From a bacterium (GTDB lineage: Bacteria > UBP14 > UBA6098 > 4484-93): a stretch of 64,000 nt of DNA. Location of the stretch: the NCBI GenBank assembly GCA_021158465.1, contig JAGGUN010000027.1, positions 369 through 64,368 on the forward strand, written 5' to 3'. Made by a program: the position numbers and the translations under genes. This document shows positions 1-9,040 of this stretch, piece after piece (positions within the stretch are counted from its first letter, which is position 1; each line of letters starts with the position of its first letter). Below the pieces are notes generated by a model. That model saw only the letters and a program-made list of their open reading frames with translations. It had not been told where the DNA came from and searched no databases.

Positions 1-8
1 GTTCAATC

Positions 9-2288
9 ATGGGTGACATCGACACAACATTCCATTGTGTGATAGACACACCAACAACAGTCAACTGGCTGTGGGAACCGCTGCTTGAAACGGTGACCTT
101 AACGGTCTATTCCGACTACGGTTCACCATACCCGAGCGTAGGAGTCCACTACTTCACAGTGGGTACATATATCGCTGCATCCGTCGACCCATTCGTTGAG
201 ATAGATGACGGTGTTCGTCAGTTCAACACGGGTTGGAGCGGAACAGGCTCGGTCCCCGAAAGCGGAACAACCCATAGCGTAGAGTTCACGATCGAAGAGA
301 ATTCGACAATCACATGGAACTGGCAACTGCAGTATCGCTTCACCGTCACATCAGAGCATGGAACACCGTATCCATCCGTTGGCGAACACTGGTATGACGA
401 GGAAAGTGAGGTCCTGGGCTATATCAACAGATTTGCTATCGAAGGAACAGATACATTCGTCTGCACAGGATATACAGGGTACGGCTCCCTCGGGTCCGGC
501 ATCGATACAATGTTCAGCTTCACGATATACGAGCCGTCGGAGATAGTCTGGAATTGGGAGTACATCGGGGAAGCCCGCAGTCTGACAGTGATATCCGAGT
601 TTGATACACCAACACCAGCCGTCGGAACTCACTATTTCAGGGTCGGAACCGATGTAGGCTGCTCGATTGCTGATTCTATTGTAACATTCGGAACAGGAAG
701 AAGGGTTTCTCTCGGCTGGATAGGAACCGGCTCCGCTCCAGCAGAGGGTGACTCAACACACTTTAGCTTCATAATCGATGAGAATTCAACGGTAACCTGG
801 CTCTGGCAGAAACAGTTCTATATCTCGCTTGACTATTCCGGCTGCGGCTCTGCGATACCAGCTCAAGAGGGCGAAGGATGGTATGTCGATGGCGATACCG
901 CATACATCTCCACCGAGGAGAATGTCTCTGATGGAACAACAACTTTTGCATTCTATACCTGGGTACCTGACGATCCGAGAGCTGTGATCGACGATGTGTT
1001 CAACGACTCGACATTTGTCGTAGTTGACACCTCCTACATTATCACCGCCCAGTACCGCCACGGCGTCGAGGTAACGATCGAGAAGGAGCCCGCTGAACCG
1101 TGGGGGCATATTTACGCGGACGGTGTCGACTATGAGGGTGCAGCAAGTATAAGCTTCTGGTGGGCATTCGGAACATACCACGAGATAGGGGTCTCTGCCT
1201 ATGACACACTCGGCGACGAGAGATGGGTCTTCAACAACTGGTCAGACGAGAGAGGAATTGTCCACACCGTTGGTCCAATCGAGACAGATACCACATTTAC
1301 GGCATACTACCAGAAGCAGTACCGCTGTATCGTCGAAAAGGATCCGGATGCTGATACACTTGGATATCTTGTTGTAGATGGTGCAACTTACACAGGCACA
1401 GCATCAGTCTATCAGATGTTCTGGTGGGACGAGGGGAGCACTCATGAGTTGGAGGCAAGCGAGATTGATACCACAGAGGATGCAAGATTCGTCTTCAACA
1501 GTTGGTCTGACTTTGGTGAGCGGGCTCACACAACTGCACCGATCTTCGAGCCAACAGAGTTCATCGCATTCTACGATGGGGAGTATCCGATTGTCATTAA
1601 GAAATCGCCTCCGGAGAACTACGGCTGGATAATGGTTGATTCAACACTCTACCCAGATACATCGTTTGCCAAGCACTGGGCAATCGCAGGAGCCGTCCAT
1701 ACCGTAGGGGTCAGCGAGTATGATTACTCCGACTACCATACATTCACCTTCGACCACTGGTCAGACCTGTTGCCGAGAGAGCACAGCCTACCACCTCTCG
1801 TGGAGCCCGAAACGCTTATCGCTTACTATACCGTAGACACACTCATAGTTGAGGTTGCAATCAGCAGAAATAGCTGGTGGTTAGACTCTGTCGTCATCAA
1901 CGAAACAAGAACGATGGACGAGGATGAGGTAATCACTATCTCCAACTACGGCAACACACACATTACACTTGGACTGCAGATAATCTCAAGCGGAACTGTT
2001 TGGAGAGCTGGTATCATCAACGGTGAAGAGATGTATTCCTTAAGAGCGCGGTTCAACGACCTCGATACCCCTCCGTCTGCATTCGAGATGTTTGGAGACA
2101 ATGTGAAAACCAGCCCTGTATGGGCAGACGCAGAGACCTTCGGTCCCGGTGGATTCGGTATCCCTCCGTTCCCCGATCCAGACCATTCGGAAAACCTCTG
2201 GATGCAATTCAGAGCACCAACAAGAACATCTGTCTTCAGAACCCAGACCATATCTCTCAAGCTCTTGGTCAGACCGTGCTTACCGTAA
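9..2288 (+). CDS. Secreted repeat protein with multiple divergent InlB B-repeat-like domains. It is 5'-partial because the ORF is open to the window edge, and it has no T9SS CTD.
   Basis: A unit of about 95 aa recurs at least seven times (e.g. RWVFNNWSDERGIVHTVGPIETDTTFTAYYQKQY, ARFVFNSWSDFGERAHTTAPIFEPTEFIAFY, HTFTFDHWSDLLPREHSL...IAYY), with the F-x-x-W-S-D ... tA-Y pattern typical of Listeria-Bacteroides / InlB B-repeats. The frame is open from nt 9 upstream. Confidence 0.5.
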   Translation: MGDIDTTFHCVIDTPTTVNWLWEPLLETVTLTVYSDYGSPYPSVGVHYFTVGTYIAASVDPFVEIDDGVRQFNTGWSGTGSVPESGTTHSVEFTIEENSTITWNWQLQYRFTVTSEHGTPYPSVGEHWYDEESEVLGYINRFAIEGTDTFVCTGYTGYGSLGSGIDTMFSFTIYEPSEIVWNWEYIGEARSLTVISEFDTPTPAVGTHYFRVGTDVGCSIADSIVTFGTGRRVSLGWIGTGSAPAEGDSTHFSFIIDENSTVTWLWQKQFYISLDYSGCGSAIPAQEGEGWYVDGDTAYISTEENVSDGTTTFAFYTWVPDDPRAVIDDVFNDSTFVVVDTSYIITAQYRHGVEVTIEKEPAEPWGHIYADGVDYEGAASISFWWAFGTYHEIGVSAYDTLGDERWVFNNWSDERGIVHTVGPIETDTTFTAYYQKQYRCIVEKDPDADTLGYLVVDGATYTGTASVYQMFWWDEGSTHELEASEIDTTEDARFVFNSWSDFGERAHTTAPIFEPTEFIAFYDGEYPIVIKKSPPENYGWIMVDSTLYPDTSFAKHWAIAGAVHTVGVSEYDYSDYHTFTFDHWSDLLPREHSLPPLVEPETLIAYYTVDTLIVEVAISRNSWWLDSVVINETRTMDEDEVITISNYGNTHITLGLQIISSGTVWRAGIINGEEMYSLRARFNDLDTPPSAFEMFGDNVKTSPVWADAETFGPGGFGIPPFPDPDHSENLWMQFRAPTRTSVFRTQTISLKLLVRPCLP

Positions 2289-2297
2289 AAACAACAC

Positions 2298-2335
2298 GCC
2301 CTCCCTCAACACCAACGAGGGAGGGCTTCGTCCTT
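2298..2335 (+). terminator. Rho-independent terminator after the repeat-protein gene
   Basis: Perfect 10-bp inverted repeat GCCCTCCCTC(2298-2307) / GAGGGAGGGC(2317-2326) with a 9-nt loop, followed by a T-rich tract (ttcgtccttgactttcttc) 10 nt after the stop at 2288. Confidence 0.55.
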
Positions 2336-2361
2336 GACTTTCTTCGGTAATTTAGTATTAT
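2334..2361 (+). promoter_or_regulatory. Candidate sigma70-type promoter for the C25 protease gene
   Basis: TTGACT (2334-2339), a 16-nt spacer, then TATTAT (2356-2361). This puts the TSS about 35 nt upstream of ATG 2403, which is preceded by GGGAGAAAG (2392-2400). Confidence 0.35.
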
Positions 2362-2402
2362 AAAAAATAACGCAACTATTGATCCACCATCAGGGAGAAA
2401 GA

Positions 2403-5400
2403 ATGATGCGTATCCTTTCTATCACGCTGATTCTCTTCTTTGCCCTTACCCAAGGGATGGCTGCTGTGCCAAGCAATGGATACCACATATCAGGACTGAC
2501 ATTTGATGAAAAGTCTATTTCCTTTGAGCTTGAAACATATATGGATCTCTCCGAAGCGCAGATAGAACAGGAAACAATGACGGTCCCAACTGTTGAAGGG
2601 GCAGGTTTCACATACTCTGTTGGTGAACCTCGTCTCCCTGTTATAAGGCAACTCATCACCGTGCCACCGGACGGTAGAATCAGCGTTCGCACAGCAGTCG
2701 TAAAAGAAAACGATTTCCCTATCTCAAACCCTGTCATTCCTGCAATCCCTCCTGTAGAAAAGAACGGGGCAAAACCAGTCTACAAGCTCAATAAGAGTAG
2801 TTATTCCAGAAACAGCTTCATTATTGACAAGAATGAGATCGGTAGGATAAGCCGCCTCGGGAGGATAAGGGGAAGGAATATCGGCGTTCTCGAGGTTTTT
2901 CCTGTGAACTACAATCCAGCGCTAGGGGTTCTGCGACTGTATGAAACGGTTGAGGTGGAGATACAGTTTGAGAAGCCTGTTGAACCTCAGCGGAAAGGGC
3001 TTTCCTCTCCTGTATTCGATGAACTCTTAAACAAGAAGGTATTAAATCCGCTCGAGATAACCCCACATCAACCATATCCTGTGGAGTACCTCATCATCAC
3101 AGCGGACGAGTTCTTCGACAGAATCCAAGAACTTGCTAAGTGGAAAACAGAAAAAGGGTATAATGTCGATATCTACAGGATATCCGAGGTTGGAGCAGAT
3201 GACGAAGCAATCAGAAGGTTTGTCAACGAAGCTTACTCATCCTGGGAGATCGCTCCAACATACCTGCTACTCGTCGGCGATGTGGAGCAGATTCCATCAC
3301 ACAACACGGGAAGACATCTTTCGGATAAGTATTTCGTGACAGTTGACGGAGACGACTATATTCCCGACATCATTGTCGGGAGATTCCCGGTACAGACAGC
3401 GGAACACATAGACGCTGTTATTGAGAAAACTCTCGTATACGAGCAGTATAGTTTCCCAAACGAAAGCTGGCTCACCCATCCTGTGTTTCTTGCCTGTGGC
3501 ACCGATGGTGACTGGGAGCTTGCCGAAGGGACGCACAGATATGTATTCACAGAATATTTACATCCACCTGAGTTTCACCCAGATTCACTCTGGGCACACG
3601 ATGGAGCAACAACATCCGATGTTATAGCCGCAATAAATTCAGGAGCATTACTTGTCAACTACTCTGGACACGGCTACTCAGGTGGATGGGCTAATCCTGC
3701 GTTCAACTCAGGAAATATCTACACCGCCCTGGCGAACGAAGGCAACTATCCGTTCGTTATGAGTAACGCCTGTCAAACAGCTACATTTGGCGTAGATGAG
3801 TGCTTTGGTGAATCCTGGATAAGGGCACCCGAGAAGGGAGCGGTCGCATTCATCGGAGCAACAAACAGCACATACTGGATAGAAGACGATATCTACGAGA
3901 AACGGTTCTATGACGCCTTCTTCCTCAACGGATACACATCCCTTGGTGGCGCAAACTTCAACGGGTTGCTCGAGGTCATGCTCTACGGAACAAGCCTCGC
4001 AGAATACTATTTTCAGGTGTATCATGTTCTCGGCGATCCGTCGCTCGAAGCTTGGTGGGGAACAGCAGATGAATTCACAGCAAGCATACCATCGGTTTTC
4101 CCTTTGGGGAGCGTGATGTTCTCTTCCGAGATTTCTGTAGACAGCATACTCTTCACCATATCGAAAGGGACAGAGCTCTTGGGTCTTGAATTTTCATCAG
4201 GTGGAACCGCAACTGTTCATTTCGATGAGGTACCCGATGAGCCGGGAACGGTCACCTTCGCTTTCACAAAGGCTCCGGAATATAAGCCGCTCATCTCTGA
4301 CATACCTGCTGATTGGCTGGCAAGAACGGAGGTTATGCCAGGTTCCCTGCTCGTTAACACGCCCACAGAGGTATTTGTCTCCGTTGCTGACTCTCTTGGT
4401 AATCCTGTTCCTGATGCTCGGGTTTATATCCTCGGGTTTGGACTGACCGATTCAGCCCTCACAAACGATGAGGGAACAGCAACCGTTGTTGTTAACCCAC
4501 CGTATGTTGATCCGCTGAATGTCCAGATATTCAGAACGGGGGTATCGTATCCCATTTACTCAACCTTCATCACCGTGATAGGAGGAGAGGAGTTTGAGCC
4601 TCTGTGCATAGAATACTCATCGCCAGATGTTGGAGTTTACGGATTTCTGGCTATCGTATACGAGAGCAGGATAAGCGTCTCCACAGGAACAGACAGTTTC
4701 TATATCCAACTATCTGGTGATGGAGTTGATTCTGTCTACTTCTCACCCGACTCTACTCTTGAGATAACGCTTAACCTTTTGACCCGTGGAAGGGTCTTCC
4801 TTACCCTTTATAAGCTGGGGTACCCTGTCGTGAGAGACACGGTTGACGTTATTCTCCCTTACGGTCAACCTGATGGTTATGTCAGGAGCGCATCCGATGG
4901 AGAGGCAGTTCCACGGGCAACGGTCAGGTTCTATCCCCTTGGAGTGGATACATCCAGCTTCCCGCCGGTCATGACGCTTTCAACCGATTCCTCAGGGCAT
5001 TTTTTCTCGGAGGATTCCATACCCTGCAGCGAATATATGGTATGCTTGGACGCCTTTGGATACATCCCAGAGTGCGATACAATTATGCTCCGATGGCATG
5101 ATACTCAGGAATTCTCACTCTTACCGACGGAGAGGGGCAGAATAGCAGGTATGGTCCTCGATGCAACAACAGATGAGCCTGTGAGTGCCGAAATATTCCT
5201 TGTTCGGGACGACACGAGGGAGCTTATTCGATACACGGAGACAGATTTCATAACGGGAGAATTTGACCTCCGGAATACGCCATACTTTCTATACTGGCTT
5301 CACATCCGCGCCCGTGGATACAAAAACCTTGAACGGCTTATTACCCTTGACTCACCGGAGAACATAGAGAACTACTATCTCACTCCAAACTCAGGTGATA

Positions 5401-6593
5401 TACTTGTTGTGGATAACGATGGCGCATGGAACCTCGCCGATAATCTGCACTCGGATATATTAGAGATGGGATATAGATCCGATATTGTGGACTACAGGGA
5501 TATAACCGACGAGACCATCTCCTCCTACAATGCCGTCATCTGGAGCTGTGGAATGAATGAAGAGCCCGGAATGAAACCATACGCAGAGGTTCTACTGGAG
5601 TATATAAACTCTGGAGGGATACTCATAGTGGAAGGGGGCGAGCCAGGGTATTATTCGCTTTACGAGGATACATCTGCTCTGGTCACAGACTCCATCCTGC
5701 ACATCTACGACTGGGAAACAGATGATATAGACGGACTTGCTGTAAATATATCGCTTCTTGATAAAAAGATATTCTCGGCGCCGAACATCCTACCAGATAC
5801 CATCGAGACTGTCCCTATCAGCTGGGTGGACTACTACTATATGGACGCCATCAGACCAAAAGAGGAAACAACAACCATTTTATCATCCGCCAGTTCTGCC
5901 TCTATCGGTGGGCTGTTCCGATATTCAAACCCAAACTGGGGAAACCTGCCATCTGTCTACTACATATCCGCAGCATACAAAACAGCATTCATCGACACCA
6001 CCGACGCAACAAGGATATTCGAAAATATACTCTACGATTGCATCGGTCTACCGGACAGAAATTCATCTGCAATAGCCGGAAGGGTAATCCTATCCGATGT
6101 AGGAATGGGTGGCTCCGGTGTGCAGGTTACAGTGACAGATACAGCCGATATATCCGATACGACAGCCTACGACGGACGGTTCTTCGTTAACTCACTTACA
6201 CCCGGTGAGCATACTATTTCCTTCAGGAAGGAAGGCTATAGGGACACAACAATAACTGTTGTCTTAAATCCCGGGAAAGTAGCAGAAATCTCCGCAAGGC
6301 TCGTTCGCATCGAATTGGTGAGAACGAACCAGATACTGGAGGAGGTTTGCCTCGGGACACCAAAACCAAACCCGTTTAATTCTGCGGTACTTTTGACCTA
6401 CTCACTCCCGGAGAGAACAGGGGCTATCGAGATATACAATATCCTTGGGGAGAAGGTAAAGAGCATCCCAGTTAACGGGAAGGAGGGAACCTTTCTCTGG
6501 GATGCAAGCGGCTTCCCGACAGGGATATACCTTATCCAGCTGCGCTCGGCAGGAGAAAGCTCTAAGGTAAGAAAGGTAGTGCTGATAAAATAG
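2403..6593 (+). CDS. Gingipain-like cysteine peptidase (family C25) with CarboxypepD_reg-like domains and a T9SS C-terminal sorting domain
   Basis: Signal peptide MMRILSITLILFFALTQGMAA. C25 catalytic pattern SGHGYS ... SNACQTATF (His/Cys dyad spacing as in RgpB). Carboxypeptidase-regulatory-like segment AGRVILSDV...TAYDGRFFVNSLTPGEHTISFRKEGY. C-terminus NPFNSAVLLTYSLP...IYNILGEKV...LWDASGFPTGIYLIQLRSAGESSKVRKVVLIK is a type-A Por secretion tail. Start taken at ATG 2403 (SD GGGAGA); the ORF-track start at 2379 is a TTG. Confidence 0.8.
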   Translation: MMRILSITLILFFALTQGMAAVPSNGYHISGLTFDEKSISFELETYMDLSEAQIEQETMTVPTVEGAGFTYSVGEPRLPVIRQLITVPPDGRISVRTAVVKENDFPISNPVIPAIPPVEKNGAKPVYKLNKSSYSRNSFIIDKNEIGRISRLGRIRGRNIGVLEVFPVNYNPALGVLRLYETVEVEIQFEKPVEPQRKGLSSPVFDELLNKKVLNPLEITPHQPYPVEYLIITADEFFDRIQELAKWKTEKGYNVDIYRISEVGADDEAIRRFVNEAYSSWEIAPTYLLLVGDVEQIPSHNTGRHLSDKYFVTVDGDDYIPDIIVGRFPVQTAEHIDAVIEKTLVYEQYSFPNESWLTHPVFLACGTDGDWELAEGTHRYVFTEYLHPPEFHPDSLWAHDGATTSDVIAAINSGALLVNYSGHGYSGGWANPAFNSGNIYTALANEGNYPFVMSNACQTATFGVDECFGESWIRAPEKGAVAFIGATNSTYWIEDDIYEKRFYDAFFLNGYTSLGGANFNGLLEVMLYGTSLAEYYFQVYHVLGDPSLEAWWGTADEFTASIPSVFPLGSVMFSSEISVDSILFTISKGTELLGLEFSSGGTATVHFDEVPDEPGTVTFAFTKAPEYKPLISDIPADWLARTEVMPGSLLVNTPTEVFVSVADSLGNPVPDARVYILGFGLTDSALTNDEGTATVVVNPPYVDPLNVQIFRTGVSYPIYSTFITVIGGEEFEPLCIEYSSPDVGVYGFLAIVYESRISVSTGTDSFYIQLSGDGVDSVYFSPDSTLEITLNLLTRGRVFLTLYKLGYPVVRDTVDVILPYGQPDGYVRSASDGEAVPRATVRFYPLGVDTSSFPPVMTLSTDSSGHFFSEDSIPCSEYMVCLDAFGYIPECDTIMLRWHDTQEFSLLPTERGRIAGMVLDATTDEPVSAEIFLVRDDTRELIRYTETDFITGEFDLRNTPYFLYWLHIRARGYKNLERLITLDSPENIENYYLTPNSGDILVVDNDGAWNLADNLHSDILEMGYRSDIVDYRDITDETISSYNAVIWSCGMNEEPGMKPYAEVLLEYINSGGILIVEGGEPGYYSLYEDTSALVTDSILHIYDWETDDIDGLAVNISLLDKKIFSAPNILPDTIETVPISWVDYYYMDAIRPKEETTTILSSASSASIGGLFRYSNPNWGNLPSVYYISAAYKTAFIDTTDATRIFENILYDCIGLPDRNSSAIAGRVILSDVGMGGSGVQVTVTDTADISDTTAYDGRFFVNSLTPGEHTISFRKEGYRDTTITVVLNPGKVAEISARLVRIELVRTNQILEEVCLGTPKPNPFNSAVLLTYSLPERTGAIEIYNILGEKVKSIPVNGKEGTFLWDASGFPTGIYLIQLRSAGESSKVRKVVLIK

Positions 6594-6604
6594 GTGGAGT
6601 AGAT

Positions 6605-7531
6605 ATGGCACAAGAGAAGGTTCTGATAGTCGATGATGAGGTTGATAACCTCTCGCTTCTTCGGATGAGGCTCGAGGCAGAGAAGTTTGAGGTATTCACA
6701 GCAGAAAGCGGAAAAGAGGGGATAGAAAAAGCGAAGAGACTACGTCCCGATATCATTATTCTGGATGTGAATATGCCTGGTATGGACGGGTTTGAAACCT
6801 GCAGGAGGCTGAAGGAAAATATTGAGACAGCACATATACCTGTGGTTATGCTCACCTGCCTCGGTACATTGGACAACAAACTAAGAGGGCTTGACGGTGG
6901 AGCAGACGATTACCTCGTTCGAGACGAGATAGATTACCGTGAGATCTCAGCAAGGCTGAGAAGTATACTGAGGAGAGCATCGGCAACAATATCCGCCAAC
7001 CCACTCACGCACCTCCCAGGGAATGTCGTAATCGACAGGGAGATAAAAAACAGAATCGAGAAAGGAAAAAGCTTCACTGTCGGGTATACAGATATTGACA
7101 ACTTCAAGGCATACAACGACTACTACGGATTTAAGAACGGAGATCGCGTTATACTCTTTGTAGCAAGGGTTCTTTCCGAGGCGATCAGAATAGCTGGAAA
7201 CCCCAGCGATTTCCTGGGGCATATAGGCGGAGACGACTTCATCTTCATCACAACACCGGATAAGGGGGTCGACATTGCCAACGAGGCGCTTCTCGCCGTT
7301 AGAAACGGAATCGGAAGCTTCTACTCCCCAGAGGACAGGGAAAAGGGATATATCATTGGACACAACAGGGAAGGGAAAATCCAAAAGTTCCCCCTAATAT
7401 CTATATCGATTGTTCTCGTAACCCCGGATAAGTACATCTCTGACCTCGACGAGATATCCAGGGTAGCATCCATTCTAAAGAAGAAGGTAAAGGAAGCAGG
7501 GGGAGACGATTTCGCCGTTTACCCTACCTAA
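6605..7531 (+). CDS. Response regulator with a diguanylate-cyclase (GGDEF-family) output domain; active-site motif variant GGDDF
   Basis: REC domain: KVLIVDDEVDNLSLLRMRLE...PDIIILDVNMPGMDGFETCRRLK. GGDEF domain: NPLTHLPGN...YTDIDNFKAYNDYYGFKNGDRVILFVARVL...GHIGGDDFIFI. SD GGTGGAG lies 5 nt before the ATG. Confidence 0.8.
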   Translation: MAQEKVLIVDDEVDNLSLLRMRLEAEKFEVFTAESGKEGIEKAKRLRPDIIILDVNMPGMDGFETCRRLKENIETAHIPVVMLTCLGTLDNKLRGLDGGADDYLVRDEIDYREISARLRSILRRASATISANPLTHLPGNVVIDREIKNRIEKGKSFTVGYTDIDNFKAYNDYYGFKNGDRVILFVARVLSEAIRIAGNPSDFLGHIGGDDFIFITTPDKGVDIANEALLAVRNGIGSFYSPEDREKGYIIGHNREGKIQKFPLISISIVLVTPDKYISDLDEISRVASILKKKVKEAGGDDFAVYPT

Positions 7532-8075
7532 ACTCCGACTTTACATCTGCCCAGCTGACAGAAGAAGACGGAATGTCGGTCCAGCGGACAAGATACCACC
7601 AGTCATCATCCTCTTTACCAAGCTCAAACAACGCCATCCCCTCCGCAGGGGCAGACGATGTCGCAGAAGAACCCTCAACTATCAGGAGATACTCCCTGTA
7701 AAGGTTAGCAGTTTCCTCTCCTATGTAATCCTCGAAATCTTCCGGTATGGAAAGCTCAAGATAGATATACCCTGACTGGAACATCCTGCCAGTTACATCC
7801 TGTTCGACCGAGCAGTCCCAGAAAGCGAACAGCTCGGGATTGGCTAAACTATCCTCAGCCGATGCAGAAAAGGTAAACGAGTCCGATAAAACGGTCAAAA
7901 AGTTGGCAAGGTTCCTATCGGAATAAGACCAGTAGAGGTTACTCACAACCTTCTCCGGGCTGGTCGGCATCTCATAATGCCCAGAAGGTATAGAAGGCTG
8001 CTTAGGCTCCCGCGTAGAGAACGGGTCAACGCAGGATAGAAGAAAAAATACAAAGATTAAACTAACCCTCTTCAC
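7524..8075 (-). CDS. Hypothetical lipoprotein
   Basis: N-terminus MKRVSLIFVFFLLSC has a lipobox (LLSC). The start overlaps the stop of the upstream gene by 4 nt (ATGA), so it is likely co-transcribed with the Usp / pseudo-receiver genes. Confidence 0.45.
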   Translation of the reverse strand: MKRVSLIFVFFLLSCVDPFSTREPKQPSIPSGHYEMPTSPEKVVSNLYWSYSDRNLANFLTVLSDSFTFSASAEDSLANPELFAFWDCSVEQDVTGRMFQSGYIYLELSIPEDFEDYIGEETANLYREYLLIVEGSSATSSAPAEGMALFELGKEDDDWWYLVRWTDIPSSSVSWADVKSEFR

Positions 8076-8560
8076 TCGTCTTTATGCTTGCTAAGCTCCT
8101 CACTCAGCCGGAGCTTGAGGTCTCGAATGCTCTGCTTGAGGGCAGATATTATCCCACTCTTCTGGTTGTTGAAATGTATAAGCCTCGCTCTCGACATAAT
8201 TTCACCAAGGATGTCCAGTTTTAAAGGTCTCATAATGAATATGTCGAAGCCGTAAACAAGAGAATCAAACCCAAGAAGAATCTTCTCCTGCTCAACAATA
8301 GAGATAAAAACCGTACTCGGACAAATCGAAGGAAGTCTGGAGAAAACAGCCAATTCATCTGAACTCCTTATATAGACAAAGAGGAATGCATACTCATGGT
8401 CGAAGAAATGAGCCTTTACCTCCTTGCAAGAGCAGGGACCCAATACCCCATATCCTTCCTGCCTGAGATATTCACAAAGAAGGATAGTCTCAACCTCGTC
8501 ATTGCCGGCAACGAGCACCTGCTCTTTTATCACTCGGGATATTTCATTACCTGGAACCAT
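8072..8560 (-). CDS. Receiver-like (pseudo-receiver) domain protein
   Basis: REC-like topology (VLVAGNDEVETILLCEYLRQEGYGV...FLFVYI...) but the acidic pocket/phospho-acceptor positions are substituted (GND instead of DD). Coiled C-terminal tail. Confidence 0.35.
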   Translation of the reverse strand: MVPGNEISRVIKEQVLVAGNDEVETILLCEYLRQEGYGVLGPCSCKEVKAHFFDHEYAFLFVYIRSSDELAVFSRLPSICPSTVFISIVEQEKILLGFDSLVYGFDIFIMRPLKLDILGEIMSRARLIHFNNQKSGIISALKQSIRDLKLRLSEELSKHKDE

Positions 8561-8573
8561 CCATGCAACTGGG

Positions 8574-9032
8574 TTACTTTACCACAAGAACCGGGCAGGA
8601 GACTTTACGAATAACCTTCTCACTGGTACTTCCCAGAAGCATCCCTGCAACCCAGCTCTTACCATGAGAACCGAGAATAACAAGCTCTATACCTTCCTCT
8701 TTCACAAACCTGTTTATCTCCTCGAACGGGATGCCAATCTTCACCAACCCCACCGCCTTAACCAAACTGGACTCTGATTCTATCTCATTCGCCATCTCGA
8801 TAACACGGGCTTTTGCCTTCTCCTTCATCTTCCTTTCTATCTCGGCTTCAAGCTCGTCGTAGCGAAGGGATGAGAAACCTTCCATATTGGCTATCGTCGC
8901 TATCTCCCGAACATCAACAACATTCAGGATATATACCTCCTCGACCCCGTTCTTCACCATCTCTTTCAACACCTTGAACGCCTTATGTGAAGGCTCAGAA
9001 AAATCCGTCGGATGAAGTATCTTCCTGAACAT
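8574..9032 (-). CDS. Universal stress protein (UspA family)
   Basis: MFRKILHPTDFSEPSHKAF...VYILNVVD... and C-terminal ATP-binding motif LVILGSHGKSWVAGMLLGSTSEKVIRKVSCPVLVVK. Confidence 0.8.
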   Translation of the reverse strand: MFRKILHPTDFSEPSHKAFKVLKEMVKNGVEEVYILNVVDVREIATIANMEGFSSLRYDELEAEIERKMKEKAKARVIEMANEIESESSLVKAVGLVKIGIPFEEINRFVKEEGIELVILGSHGKSWVAGMLLGSTSEKVIRKVSCPVLVVK

Positions 9033-9040
9033 CTATCCCC

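Noticed and set aside
786-1181. Numerous 60-180-aa ORFs on the opposite strand or in alternative frames inside large CDSs (e.g. 786-1181, 6947-7384, 12562-12912, 16858-17397, 19387-19917, 41717-42145, 47515-48117, 52733-53260)
   Set aside because: They are embedded in well-supported genes, have low-complexity or Arg/Ser/Pro-rich composition typical of antisense frames of GC-balanced coding DNA, lack SD motifs and have no recognisable domains.
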